Virus record (IMG/VR): IMGVR_UViG_3300028920_000001
Span: 62,001-126,000 of that record
DNA: 64,000 bases
Strand: one strand, 5' to 3'
Under the pieces are notes generated by a model. That model saw nothing but the letters and a program-made list of their open reading frames with translations. It searched no databases and was not told where the DNA came from. Within the stretch, counting starts at the first letter, position 1. Every line of letters starts with the position of its first letter. Positions 19,084 to 28,884 of this stretch are shown one piece after another. A program made the position numbers and the translations under genes.

Positions 19084-19326
19084 TTAATCCTTAATTCCAT
19101 ACCTCTTTTTAGCTTCATGCCAAGCATCGCGATTCCCATATCCACACTGTTGGGACAATCTTGTCTGATATGCAAAAGCCTTTTGTAGATTTTCTTCATC
19201 ATTGTGTTCCATAACATCTTTAACTACTGTAATATCAATTTTTCGTAAAATACGATTCAGCCTTCGGATTTGATATGATAGCACAATTAATAAAACGACA
19301 TTAACAACTGCGATCGCCACGTTCAC
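19084..19326 (-). CDS. small membrane-anchored hypothetical protein
   Basis: N-terminal hydrophobic helix. Confidence 0.55.
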   Translation of the reverse strand: MNVAIAVVNVVLLIVLSYQIRRLNRILRKIDITVVKDVMEHNDEENLQKAFAYQTRLSQQCGYGNRDAWHEAKKRYGIKD

Positions 19327-20080
19327 AATAATTTCGCCTTGCTTTTACTTGAATGATTTCAAATCCATACCTATGATCATCTAGGATAAGTGCTGATAAT
19401 TTTCCGCCAAACACACATCCAGTATCCAATCCAACGCAAAAGATTGGACAATCATGTCCATCCAAAGCTTCAACTACTGGATAGTCATAAGAACGAGGAT
19501 CATGCCCGTATACGACATGGTTTGGTCCATACCATTTTTGAGTCCAGGAAACGGTATCCGGAGGTTGGTCCAATGAATCTTTCTCAAATGGAACCATTAG
19601 TCCATCTTTATCAACGTATCTGACACGAACCAACTTATCTTTGCGTTGTTCAGATAAAGAACGGCCGGGTTCAAATCCGGCATGCACTACATACCAACTA
19701 TGATATTCATCAATCCAAGCATCGATAGCAGTCCATAATTGCATTTCTCGAATCCACTGAATATCATCAGCAGAAAGGGCATCCCACTTCGCCTTTCGTT
19801 CTGGCGCAGGTGAACGCATTGGGTTTTTCTTTCCGGTAGTGGTTCGTTTCTCTTCATGATCTAACCATCGAAGATATTTTTCTTCATGATTTCCTAATAC
19901 TGAATTAGCCTTAATTTCTCGAGCTAATCCGATACACGCTGCCGGGTCGGGTCCCCGATCGATCAGATCTCCGGTAAAAATTACCCGTTCGTCTGCGGCT
20001 GGACCGGCCAGCTTCAGAAGTTCTTGTAGCTCCTGTATGCAGCCGTGAACATCTCCGATGACAATTGTACGATCAGCCAT
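19301..20080 (-). CDS. metallophosphoesterase (ApaH/PrpE/PnkP-phosphatase-like)
   Basis: GDVHG, GDLIDRG, GNHE, VHAG, VYGH, GLDTGCVFGG. Confidence 0.92.
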   Translation of the reverse strand: MADRTIVIGDVHGCIQELQELLKLAGPAADERVIFTGDLIDRGPDPAACIGLAREIKANSVLGNHEEKYLRWLDHEEKRTTTGKKNPMRSPAPERKAKWDALSADDIQWIREMQLWTAIDAWIDEYHSWYVVHAGFEPGRSLSEQRKDKLVRVRYVDKDGLMVPFEKDSLDQPPDTVSWTQKWYGPNHVVYGHDPRSYDYPVVEALDGHDCPIFCVGLDTGCVFGGKLSALILDDHRYGFEIIQVKARRNYCERGDRSC

Positions 20081-20116
20081 ACTAAGTTCTACTCCGATTT
20101 CAGTGTAATTTACACT

Positions 20117-21466
20117 ATGATTGAACGTTATTCAACCCCTGAATTTATTGAACTTTGGTCCGAAAAAACTAAATACAATATTTGGCTTGAAGTAGAAGCA
20201 GCAGCCACAGCGTCTTTATACGATGATGGATTAATTCCCGAAGGAATAGCTGATAAGATCAAAAATATTAAAATTACTGAAAAAGCAATTAAAGATATTA
20301 AGTCTATTGAAAAAGATGTACGTCATGATGTAATTGCCTTTGTTACGTATCTTGAACAAAAATTAGGTGAAAATGGACGATGGGTTCATCGAGGAATGAC
20401 TTCAAGCGATGTAGTTGATACTGCTTTCGCTCTTCAACTCGTTAAAGCATCAGATCTTCTAATCAAAGATTTGACCAATTTAATTGAAGTTCTCATTTTC
20501 ATGTCAATTCAACATCAGGATACTTTAATGATGGGAAGATCCCATGGAGTAAATGCTGAACCCATTACTTTCGGAGTTATGTTAGCCGGACATTTAGCTG
20601 AATTTAAACGAGCTCGAGCTCGTTTAAATTCAGCTAAAGCAGAAATTTCGGTTGGAAAATTATCAGGTGCTGTTGGGACCTATGTCCATCTGTCTCCCAT
20701 GGCTGAACGTTTAGCCATGGATAGATTGGGTCTACGCCAGGAACCAGTTTCAACTCAGATTGTTCCTCGTGATCGACATGCTTTTTTCTTCATGACTATC
20801 GCCCTGATCGCTACTTCGATTGAACGACTAGCAACTAACATCAGGCATCTCCAGAAAACTGAAACTAAAGAAATAGCAGAGGGTTTTAGTAAAAAACAAA
20901 AGGGTTCCAGTGCTATGCCGCATAAGCGGAATCCGATTTTATGTGAGAATTTATGTGGACTCGCTCGAGTCGTTCGAGGTTATTTAACTCCAGCATTCGA
21001 GGATGTTGTATTATGGCATGAACGTGATATTTCTCATTCATCAGTTGAAAGAATCATAGCGCCTGATGCTACTTCCACCTTGAGTTTCATGCTTCAGCGA
21101 ATGGCTAAGATTATTGGCAATCTTGAAGTTGATGTTCAGCGCATGTCACAAAACGTAAGTAAAAATCAACTCTATGAAAGTGAAAATTTGATGTTAGCTT
21201 TAGTTGATAAAGGAATGTCAAGGAAAGAAGCTTATGAAATTGTGCAGCCATTAGCGTTGAAAGCATATAATGAAGATATTCCTTTTGTACCAATGGTATT
21301 GGGCAATGCTGAAATGTTGAATTATTTAAATTCAGAAGAACTTGCTGCTTGTTTTAACTTAGCCAAGTATACCAGATGGACTGGGGCTATCATCCATAGG
21401 GTCGCCAATGTCAGAGAAACAGATCGAAGTCGGACAAAATTTAAAGAACCCGATCATTTCGGTTAA
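20117..21466 (+). CDS. purB: adenylosuccinate lyase
   Basis: MIERYS start at 20117; RHDVIAFV, HRGMTSSDVVDT, GRSHG..AEP.TFG, signature GSSAMPHKRNP, WHERDISHSSVER. Confidence 0.96.
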   Translation: MIERYSTPEFIELWSEKTKYNIWLEVEAAATASLYDDGLIPEGIADKIKNIKITEKAIKDIKSIEKDVRHDVIAFVTYLEQKLGENGRWVHRGMTSSDVVDTAFALQLVKASDLLIKDLTNLIEVLIFMSIQHQDTLMMGRSHGVNAEPITFGVMLAGHLAEFKRARARLNSAKAEISVGKLSGAVGTYVHLSPMAERLAMDRLGLRQEPVSTQIVPRDRHAFFFMTIALIATSIERLATNIRHLQKTETKEIAEGFSKKQKGSSAMPHKRNPILCENLCGLARVVRGYLTPAFEDVVLWHERDISHSSVERIIAPDATSTLSFMLQRMAKIIGNLEVDVQRMSQNVSKNQLYESENLMLALVDKGMSRKEAYEIVQPLALKAYNEDIPFVPMVLGNAEMLNYLNSEELAACFNLAKYTRWTGAIIHRVANVRETDRSRTKFKEPDHFG

Positions 21467-21689
21467 ACACGCTGATTTAGAGCGGATTGGTCCAAACGAA
21501 GTTTATAAATCATGGTGCCCAGTCTGTAATCAAGGCGTATTACTTGTATCACGTAAATTAGGCTCCATGCATATTTCTAGATATGAACATTGTACCATGT
21601 GCGGCCAGCAATTCTTTTATACTGATGATAATATTAGAGGAGAACCTTTTGAAGAACAGGGCAAAGCAATTTATACTAAGAATTCATAA
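21408..21689 (+). CDS. hypothetical zinc-ribbon protein
   Basis: CPVC...CTMC. Confidence 0.6.
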   Translation: MSEKQIEVGQNLKNPIISVKHADLERIGPNEVYKSWCPVCNQGVLLVSRKLGSMHISRYEHCTMCGQQFFYTDDNIRGEPFEEQGKAIYTKNS

Positions 21690-21960
21690 TATGACATACC
21701 ATGGCGTGTTTAAATTCGATTGGTTTCATCTTCAATGATCTTATATTCTCACTTAATATGGACCATCCTGTTTCACTATCATCTATTACTTTATCAATAG
21801 CCTCTTGGGCAGATTGTTTAGTTTGAAATTTTTTAGCATCTTCTGGATTATATACAAAATGAAAGTCCATGAATTTGCCATCAGCTAAAAATATGCCATT
21901 ATTGCTAGAAATTATCCATAAATCTTCATTTGACATTCGAATTAATTTACACCAACTCAA
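21676..21960 (-). CDS. hypothetical protein with C-terminal IMNS tag
   Basis: ends MVCHIMNS*. Confidence 0.7.
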   Translation of the reverse strand: MSWCKLIRMSNEDLWIISSNNGIFLADGKFMDFHFVYNPEDAKKFQTKQSAQEAIDKVIDDSETGWSILSENIRSLKMKPIEFKHAMVCHIMNS

Positions 21961-22276
21961 GCCTTGAACACAGTTTCCTACTCATCCTTCCAGGTTCTAA
22001 AGCAATCGCTGTTAAAGAATAATCAAGATCGGGTTCTCGAAATTCTGAATACCGAATTTTACAAATTTTAGCTTTATTCACTAACTGATTGAGTTCAATT
22101 TCGTTATTGACTCCTAAAACCACAACATAATTTGATTTTTCAAACCATTGTTTCTCAATTTCAGAATGTTCGTATTGAAATTGACGAGCAGCATGAATTG
22201 ATTGAGCAATAATTTTGCCCATTCACAAATCTGTTCTAACGATAATATATAATTTTTCTATCAGAGTATTAGTCAT
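21947..22276 (-). CDS. Pth2-family peptidyl-tRNA hydrolase-like gene with in-frame TGA at codon 18 (22225-22223)
   Basis: MTNTLIEKLYIIVRTDL*MGKIIAQSIHAA...VVLGV..E.EL...FREPDLDYSLTAIALEP; the ORF track captured only the part after the TGA. Confidence 0.8.
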
Positions 22277-22865
22277 CATCTTCATAATCATAAGCCTCGG
22301 CCAGTTCTTTACGCTCTTTAGCGCATTGCTTAAAATGCATAGATACTGCACCAATAATGTCTTCTGGAATGTTAGCTTTTCTCATTTCGTTTTTCCATCC
22401 CGGGTAAGGATCATCCCCACTTATATAACTTTTTTCACCCACCTGGAAACATGGCGGATCACTGTAGATATTACCATGTTCGGTTTCTAAGTATGGCCAA
22501 ACTTCAAGTGGAGAATCATTACAACATCCACAATTATGACTCATATCAAATCGCTTCACTTTATTATTAACAGAAGCAGAACAAAATCTAACCCGTTTCC
22601 AACGATTTACATGTCTGCGTAAATCAGTAAATTGCTGGTATAATGCCTCGAGATCAAGCAGTTCTTTTTGTTTCTCCGCAATTTCTTTTTGTAACGTATC
22701 GATGCAACCTGGAATGCTAGCTCGATATTCTTGTTCTGCTTTAATTCTCTTAAAAGCTTCGTCTTGCTTTTTCCTTTCCTCGTCTCTCTTTAATCGTTCT
22801 TTCTCGTCCATTGGTTCACTTTCATCCATGATGTTGAGGAAATCATCTAAAGCTTTAGCTTTCAT
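22269..22865 (-). CDS. hypothetical protein
   Basis: 198-aa ORF, coiled-coil-like N-terminus. Confidence 0.65.
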   Translation of the reverse strand: MKAKALDDFLNIMDESEPMDEKERLKRDEERKKQDEAFKRIKAEQEYRASIPGCIDTLQKEIAEKQKELLDLEALYQQFTDLRRHVNRWKRVRFCSASVNNKVKRFDMSHNCGCCNDSPLEVWPYLETEHGNIYSDPPCFQVGEKSYISGDDPYPGWKNEMRKANIPEDIIGAVSMHFKQCAKERKELAEAYDYEDDD

Positions 22866-23455
22866 AGCTTTCCTGCCTTTCTAAGTCCTTCACTCAGACA
22901 TAGATCAAAACTGAAGAATTTCTTGGCGTACCAAGCAATCATCGGTCGATCTTGATATTCATTTCCACTACGATCAAGGCCCCTTTTCTTCAAGGCTTTA
23001 TTGTATCGTTTCCACCAATTCTTTCGCCAAGGAAGTATTTTTTCTAATTTCCAAATCAGTTTATCTGAAAATTTACTGAGATTAGAAAATTTCCGATAAA
23101 TACGTTGGTTATTTTCACCATATTGTAGAAGAGGTCCGCCTCCATACTTAACGAATAATTTATGTCTTTCCCATTCTTGTCTGATCTCTTCATCAGTTAA
23201 TTTAATGAGTCCGAAAACGCGGCCTTGATAGTATTCATCCTCCCCGTCTTCGTCTTCATCTTCATCAATCCAATGAGTTTCGTAAGTGCATTCGAACCAA
23301 TGCTCTTTGTCATTGTACATGCACACGCCTGACAATGGCCCATCATAATATCCACAATGCCAGAGATATTGTGGGGCTTTGTCTAAACGGGGAAGAGTAT
23401 TCATCAATTGACGGATACTCTTTGGATTTTCACGCATAAAATTAACTGTGAACAT
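22862..23455 (-). CDS. hypothetical protein
   Basis: 197-aa ORF. Confidence 0.65.
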   Translation of the reverse strand: MFTVNFMRENPKSIRQLMNTLPRLDKAPQYLWHCGYYDGPLSGVCMYNDKEHWFECTYETHWIDEDEDEDGEDEYYQGRVFGLIKLTDEEIRQEWERHKLFVKYGGGPLLQYGENNQRIYRKFSNLSKFSDKLIWKLEKILPWRKNWWKRYNKALKKRGLDRSGNEYQDRPMIAWYAKKFFSFDLCLSEGLRKAGKL

Positions 23456-23463
23456 GATCCCTC

Positions 23464-23847
23464 TTAAACCGTGGCTTCGACCACTGAAGGTTGAAACTCA
23501 GCCAATTGAGGTGGACTCAGCCAATTCTCGAGCTCAGCTTCTGAGATTTCATACTCATGATTGGTCAGGGCATCTTTAAAACCCTGAATTAGATGATAGC
23601 GTAAGTATTTGCAATCATCTTCATAGCATTTTTTCTCGAGTATTCGATACGGAATCCCGCGAAGAAATGCATATGCCAAAAGCAAGTATCTGGCCTCTTG
23701 GCCGACAGCCCGTTTTTCGTCCCAAAGATTATAACGTTCCTGATCTTGGGCAGCGTGAATACGCGGACGAAATGCCTTACCCTCTTTAGCTAGTGCCTTA
23801 ATTTCTTTTTGGATATTCTCGAGCTCGCTTTTCTTATACTTTTTCAT
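23464..23847 (-). CDS. hypothetical protein
   Basis: 127-aa ORF; LLLAYAFLRGIPYRILE. Confidence 0.65.
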   Translation of the reverse strand: MKKYKKSELENIQKEIKALAKEGKAFRPRIHAAQDQERYNLWDEKRAVGQEARYLLLAYAFLRGIPYRILEKKCYEDDCKYLRYHLIQGFKDALTNHEYEISEAELENWLSPPQLAEFQPSVVEATV

Positions 23848-23987
23848 TCTCTTCTGCCTTTCTGTAGAAACTGTCTCAAACCGGTTGGTGAGGCTACAGA
23901 AAGGAGGACCGCGAGCTCCAAAAATTCACAAGAATGGGACCATGACCTACCTAAAATAACCCAGCCCTTTAATCTTGTCAATGGGGT

Positions 23988-24296
23988 GTGAATACTGAAA
24001 TTTTAAAGCAAATTGCCGCACGGGTCGCTGCGGATGAAGAAGGAGAATCGGTAACTCCAGCTGAAACTGAAGAATTGAATATTGACCCCAGATGGCCACC
24101 AATCAAGACTTTGGTTCAATCTGAGCTCTATCCTTTATTCAAACAGCTTAAAGTAGTAACTAAAAACGAAGACAAGACTGCCCTAGCCAATATTTATAAA
24201 GAAATATTGGCACAATTAGCCAAATTGGCTTTTCTAATGGGTATGACTTCAGTTAAGACTCAAATACAGACTTTAAAAAGTAAAATCTTTGATTAG
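23988..24296 (+). CDS. protein with type-A N-terminal leader
   Basis: begins MNTEILKQIAARVAA. Confidence 0.65.
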   Translation: MNTEILKQIAARVAADEEGESVTPAETEELNIDPRWPPIKTLVQSELYPLFKQLKVVTKNEDKTALANIYKEILAQLAKLAFLMGMTSVKTQIQTLKSKIFD

Positions 24297-24841
24297 CCTA
24301 ATATAGTTTTCTTAAATTTATTTAAGATTCGAGTCATTCTCTGTTTAGTGGCTATTTCTTCTTGTGCACCGTCAACTTTGTGAAGCATGTCTGCCCAAGA
24401 CATGTTTAATGAACTAACATATTTGTCTATTTCTTCATCTGGAACAAAATCAGGTATGTAATTTCTACCGTCCCAACAGATTTCTTCCGTGCTTGGTATT
24501 TTATCTAATTTTCCCCAATTAGCATGTAATCCAGCTTCTTCATAATCGTTAATTAAATCTTGTCGATCACGATAATCAATATTATGGCCACCATATAAAT
24601 TATTTGTATGTTCATACATATAAGCTAATTGTTCTTTTCTTTTTCGAGAATAACTTGGACTACGATATCCAGCTTCCCAACATTCTGTGCAGCATGTCCA
24701 CCCACCTTTTTTAAAATGTAATCCACTAAGAACTTCATATTGACCGCAATCACATTTAACTAACCACCTTGGTGGTGGCTTAATTTCCAATTTTCTAATT
24801 ATTATAACTCGACCGTATCTTTTCCCAATTTCGATTTTCAC
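24293..24841 (-). CDS. hypothetical protein with homing-endonuclease-like N-terminus
   Basis: IGKRYGRVIII...WLVKCDCG. Confidence 0.5.
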   Translation of the reverse strand: MKIEIGKRYGRVIIIRKLEIKPPPRWLVKCDCGQYEVLSGLHFKKGGWTCCTECWEAGYRSPSYSRKRKEQLAYMYEHTNNLYGGHNIDYRDRQDLINDYEEAGLHANWGKLDKIPSTEEICWDGRNYIPDFVPDEEIDKYVSSLNMSWADMLHKVDGAQEEIATKQRMTRILNKFKKTILG

Positions 24842-24865
24842 GATCTCATAACATCTTCCATAATA

Positions 24866-25978
24866 TTAAATGAGCCGCTTAGCATAAGCAAAAGCATCCT
24901 GAATACTTTGAACTGAGTGTTCCATCCAGAATTTATCTTCTAAATGTTTCCCATCTTTGTAGATGACTAATTTGATTGGGCCTGTTTTAGTGGCCCATTC
25001 GAAATCAACAGTGTATCCTTTCTTTCCACTAATGATTCGGCGACACCATCTACGCTCTTGAATTTTAAAATCAGGACACCAACCGTCATAAGTAACACCA
25101 TAACTATGATGGTCCTCAGGATTTAGTATTGGATCCTTTACCTGATGTGTATATGCAACATAAAGCGGATCATTAGTTTTAAATTTTTCTATTTCAGCTT
25201 CATGTCGTTTTCTTGCCTCTTCAGATTTTTTCCTTCTAATTTGTTCAGCTTCAGAAACCCATTCATGTTGAAAGACTAATTCATCTCCAACTCGTTTATA
25301 ATCCTGATACGCAACAACTGGTGGGATAAAATCATCAGGTTTATCATCATATTCATTGCTTTCATCCAATTGATAACAACGGATTATTCCATCAGATTCA
25401 AATGTAGGAAGCTTTTTAGTAGCTTCAATGTACATATGCTTATCTGCCAGTTTCAGTTCTTTGAAATTTAATGGATCCGAAAAATCATAAAATCTGAATT
25501 CATACGGGCAAGCCCAAATGCAACCATCCACTATTAGAATCTGTTGTTCTGAATAAAAATGGTGATCTACCCAGCAAAAACCATAACCTTTTTTAGCATC
25601 ATCAGGTAAAATATCTACTCGAGTGCTAGTATCTAATTGAATAATAGTTTGTCCTTGGTAATCCTCACCTGCAATTAAATAATCGTGCCCATTTGGATGT
25701 CCGATAATCCAAGAAAATGGAAAGCTACTATAATTACGATTAATTTTAGTTATGATTAAATTATTCCGATAAACTATGCCTTGAGTATAACCCCAGCATC
25801 CTTCTTTAGTTTCAAATTGAAAAATTTCGAGTTTATACTTACCTTCTTCAAAAGTGCGTTGGAGTTTTCCTTCTTTTCCCTCGAAAAGAGGATCAATTTC
25901 TTTTCGTATTTCTGTTCGCCAATTCATTGGAGAGCACCGGGTAGGAAAACTAAATAAACAATAATCCCAATCACACAA
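24866..25978 (-). CDS. hypothetical protein
   Basis: 370-aa ORF; true start probably MNWRT. Confidence 0.7.
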   Translation of the reverse strand: MCDWDYCLFSFPTRCSPMNWRTEIRKEIDPLFEGKEGKLQRTFEEGKYKLEIFQFETKEGCWGYTQGIVYRNNLIITKINRNYSSFPFSWIIGHPNGHDYLIAGEDYQGQTIIQLDTSTRVDILPDDAKKGYGFCWVDHHFYSEQQILIVDGCIWACPYEFRFYDFSDPLNFKELKLADKHMYIEATKKLPTFESDGIIRCYQLDESNEYDDKPDDFIPPVVAYQDYKRVGDELVFQHEWVSEAEQIRRKKSEEARKRHEAEIEKFKTNDPLYVAYTHQVKDPILNPEDHHSYGVTYDGWCPDFKIQERRWCRRIISGKKGYTVDFEWATKTGPIKLVIYKDGKHLEDKFWMEHSVQSIQDAFAYAKRLI

Positions 25979-26247
25979 AAAAGAAGTTGAAGTCCAGAAG
26001 TGAAACGCGTAGTAGGCCGATATACATCAGATTTTTCAAGATGTTGGAAACCTGCTATTGATCCTAGTGTAACATAGCTAACTAAAACGGAGCTGACTAA
26101 AAAGGTGACTGCGTAAAAGTGACCTCTTACGGGTGTTCTGTATATCATAGTAAATACAGTCAATAAGATAAACACCAAAGCCAAACTAATTATGACTTTT
26201 ACCTGCTGAATACAAGTACGGGCTGCGTCTCTTTTACCTGGACTCAT
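25924..26247 (-). CDS. 3-TM membrane protein
   Basis: three hydrophobic segments. Confidence 0.55.
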   Translation of the reverse strand: MSPGKRDAARTCIQQVKVIISLALVFILLTVFTMIYRTPVRGHFYAVTFLVSSVLVSYVTLGSIAGFQHLEKSDVYRPTTRFTSGLQLLFCVIGIIVYLVFLPGALQ

Positions 26248-26459
26248 GATTCCATTACTTCCTTAGCTACATGGAATTTGGATAGTCGCCATTTTCGAAA
26301 TGCAGAAGGAGCCCAATGAACAGAATCATCCAAGGCCCTCCAATGAGGTCGATATCCATCACGGCCATAGAATGCTTTAACCACAATAATCTCCCCATTT
26401 TCGTCTTCTACTTCAACTGGGACTTCATTCGGTGGTTTGCCAGTTTGCCATTCAGTCAT
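26244..26459 (-). CDS. hypothetical protein with C-terminal VMES tag
   Basis: ends VAKEVMES*. Confidence 0.7.
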   Translation of the reverse strand: MTEWQTGKPPNEVPVEVEDENGEIIVVKAFYGRDGYRPHWRALDDSVHWAPSAFRKWRLSKFHVAKEVMES

Positions 26460-27525
26460 TTCTTTTCCAAATGGTTAAAGAATCACGGATTCCGGGCCAT
26501 TGAGGGATAAGTAACTGATCAATACATTCAAATTCTTCTTCTAATTTAGTATAAAATTCATCATTAGCTGTACATCCGCCAATCTCTCCAATATGAATAA
26601 GATAACGACCTTTCCAATATTGTAAACATTCAGTAGCCATATTATCACCATGTGGCGGCCAACATAAGAAGAGTGTTCTATCAGGAAAATTTTTTAATTG
26701 TTTAGGAAAACCTTTGAGCACTTTTCGATATAATTGCCCATTTGGATGCCAAACATTAAATCCATTGGGAGGTGGGAATTTGTCAAAACAAATAACATCC
26801 CCACCACAGATTTCGATTGCTTTACCCCAGTATCCAGTTCCGGCTCCCATTTCTACTACTGGACCAAAATCAATGATCTTTTTAATGGCTTCTTCAGTAG
26901 GAACGGCCCAAGCATACTTATTAACAACATAATCTCTGATATATAAAGGTTGAACAACATTCGAGAGATTTGGAACTTCATTCATATAAGTAAATATTTC
27001 TTTATTTATTCCAAATAGAGAACAAATTCTATCTATATCGAAAGTTCCTAAAGAAGACATCGCATTTAGATGCAGAATATCAAATTCACTGATATTTTCA
27101 GGAGGCGGAGGACAAATCTCTAAATAAATTCGTAGCAATTCATTAAACTTAACAAGCTTGGGATTAGTTGAAGCCCAAGTAAGCATGGCTTCTTTTTGAG
27201 ACTTAGATAATTTCTTAATTCGAGCTTCTTCTTTTCGAGCAATGGTTTCAGTTTCGCAAGCTCGAGACCAAACTAGACTAAAAGGTCCACGTCCCCGCGT
27301 GTATTTTGCTCCCTTACTGTTGATGTGATTGTGAATACGGTCTCGAAGATGATTGGTTATTCCAGTATAAAGAGATCCATCGCCACAACGAAGGATGTAA
27401 ACAAACCAGGTGCCGTCATATATTCCGAATGGATGGAATACTATCGGATCTGTCATGTTTTCTTGGGTTACTGAGCCCACCAATGAATTTACATTAGCTA
27501 TCCATAATTTGATGAGTAATAGCAT
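26452..27525 (-). CDS. GIY-YIG nuclease (UPF0213-like) fused to a SAM-dependent methyltransferase-like domain
   Basis: WFVYILRCGDGSLYTGIT...GAKYTRGRGP...E..IKKL; C-terminal YAWAVPT...VVEMGAGTGYW...FLCWPP. Confidence 0.8.
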   Translation of the reverse strand: MLLLIKLWIANVNSLVGSVTQENMTDPIVFHPFGIYDGTWFVYILRCGDGSLYTGITNHLRDRIHNHINSKGAKYTRGRGPFSLVWSRACETETIARKEEARIKKLSKSQKEAMLTWASTNPKLVKFNELLRIYLEICPPPPENISEFDILHLNAMSSLGTFDIDRICSLFGINKEIFTYMNEVPNLSNVVQPLYIRDYVVNKYAWAVPTEEAIKKIIDFGPVVEMGAGTGYWGKAIEICGGDVICFDKFPPPNGFNVWHPNGQLYRKVLKGFPKQLKNFPDRTLFLCWPPHGDNMATECLQYWKGRYLIHIGEIGGCTANDEFYTKLEEEFECIDQLLIPQWPGIRDSLTIWKRND

Positions 27526-27733
27526 ATTCTTTAATAAAGACTTCGTATTTCATAACTGAATGTTTTCCAAATTCTTTAGCGAAATTTCGAGCTTCTTGGG
27601 CATTATGGAAAACTAAGGCTTTGTCAATATTTGCTAATAAACTAGTTGGTTGCTGACTATAGGATGGCTGCTGGACAATCCATTCAAAATGAAGTTTTTT
27701 ATCATATTTGGCCACTATAATATATTCAGTCAT
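27494..27733 (-). CDS. hypothetical protein with C-terminal IMDS tag
   Basis: ends ITHQIMDS*. Confidence 0.7.
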   Translation of the reverse strand: MTEYIIVAKYDKKLHFEWIVQQPSYSQQPTSLLANIDKALVFHNAQEARNFAKEFGKHSVMKYEVFIKEYAITHQIMDS

Positions 27734-27746
27734 TTCTTAGATTATA

Positions 27747-28871
27747 CTATGAAAGACGGTCTCTAAAATCTGTATACCCAAATTTTTTAATTAATTCAAA
27801 TTCATTAGTTTCTGGATCATAAGTCATAATCGAGGGTAATCTAATCCCATTGAAAGTATTGGTTTTTACCATCGTATATTGGGCCATATCACAAAAGATA
27901 ATACGATCACCTATTTTTAAAGGTTTAGAAAATGAATAATCTCCAACAATATCACCAGCTAAACAAGTCATACCTCCAAGGCGATACGTATACTGGTACT
28001 TTCCGGGTTTATCCGCTCCTACTATTTCTGGTCGATATGGCATTTCAATTACATCTGGCATATGAGCAGTAGCAGATGTATCTAAAATGGCAATTGGCAT
28101 TTCATTTTTAAAAATATCTAATACACTAGCTACTAACCAACCACAATTATATGCAATGGCTGCACCCGGTTCTAAATAAACTTCGACATCAAATTCCTGC
28201 TTGAAATTTTGAATAATTTTAATTAATTTATAAGTATCATACCATTGAGATGTAATAAGGTGTCCTCCACCAAAATTAACCCACTTTGATAATCGGAGCT
28301 CGGGTTCGAATTTTGACGATACTTTCATTAAAGTTCGTTCTAAAGCATCCGCGTCTTTTTCACATAGATTATGAAAATGCAGTCCGGAGAATCCAATAAA
28401 ATCTTTGGGATCCAATTCTGTTCGAGTAACTCCTAAACGTGAATAACGCTGACATGGATCATAAATTTGAGTTTCAACTTCTGAGTGCTCTGGATTAATT
28501 CGTAATCCACATTCTACCGACTGAATCAAGTTTTTAAATCTATCTCTTTGTGCCGGATTATTGAAAATAATATGATCACAAATTTGAGTAAGTTCTCTTA
28601 ATTCTATTTCTGAATATGCCGGAGCATAAGCGTGTACTTCTCCTTGAAATTGCTCATACCCTAATTGTGCCTCGTATAAAGAACTGGCGGATACTCCAGG
28701 TAAATATTTTCGAATTATCGGGAAAGTGCTCCACATAGAAAAAGCTTTAAGTGCTAATAAGATTTTGCATCCTGAACGAAATTGAACATTAGATAGTAAT
28801 TTAAGATTATGACGTAAAACGCCTAAATCACAAATAAAGGCAGGAGTTTTAATTTGACTGAAATCCACCAA
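27747..28871 (-). CDS. nspC: carboxy(nor)spermidine decarboxylase
   Basis: TPAFI, ILLALKAFS, ASSLYEA.LG, GLRINPE, YDPC..YSRLG, GLHFHNLCE, NFGGGH, YLEPG, MPDVIEMPYRP, TCLAGD, YTMVKTNTFNG. Confidence 0.94.
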   Translation of the reverse strand: MVDFSQIKTPAFICDLGVLRHNLKLLSNVQFRSGCKILLALKAFSMWSTFPIIRKYLPGVSASSLYEAQLGYEQFQGEVHAYAPAYSEIELRELTQICDHIIFNNPAQRDRFKNLIQSVECGLRINPEHSEVETQIYDPCQRYSRLGVTRTELDPKDFIGFSGLHFHNLCEKDADALERTLMKVSSKFEPELRLSKWVNFGGGHLITSQWYDTYKLIKIIQNFKQEFDVEVYLEPGAAIAYNCGWLVASVLDIFKNEMPIAILDTSATAHMPDVIEMPYRPEIVGADKPGKYQYTYRLGGMTCLAGDIVGDYSFSKPLKIGDRIIFCDMAQYTMVKTNTFNGIRLPSIMTYDPETNEFELIKKFGYTDFRDRLS

Positions 28872-28884
28872 CTAATGGATTTCA

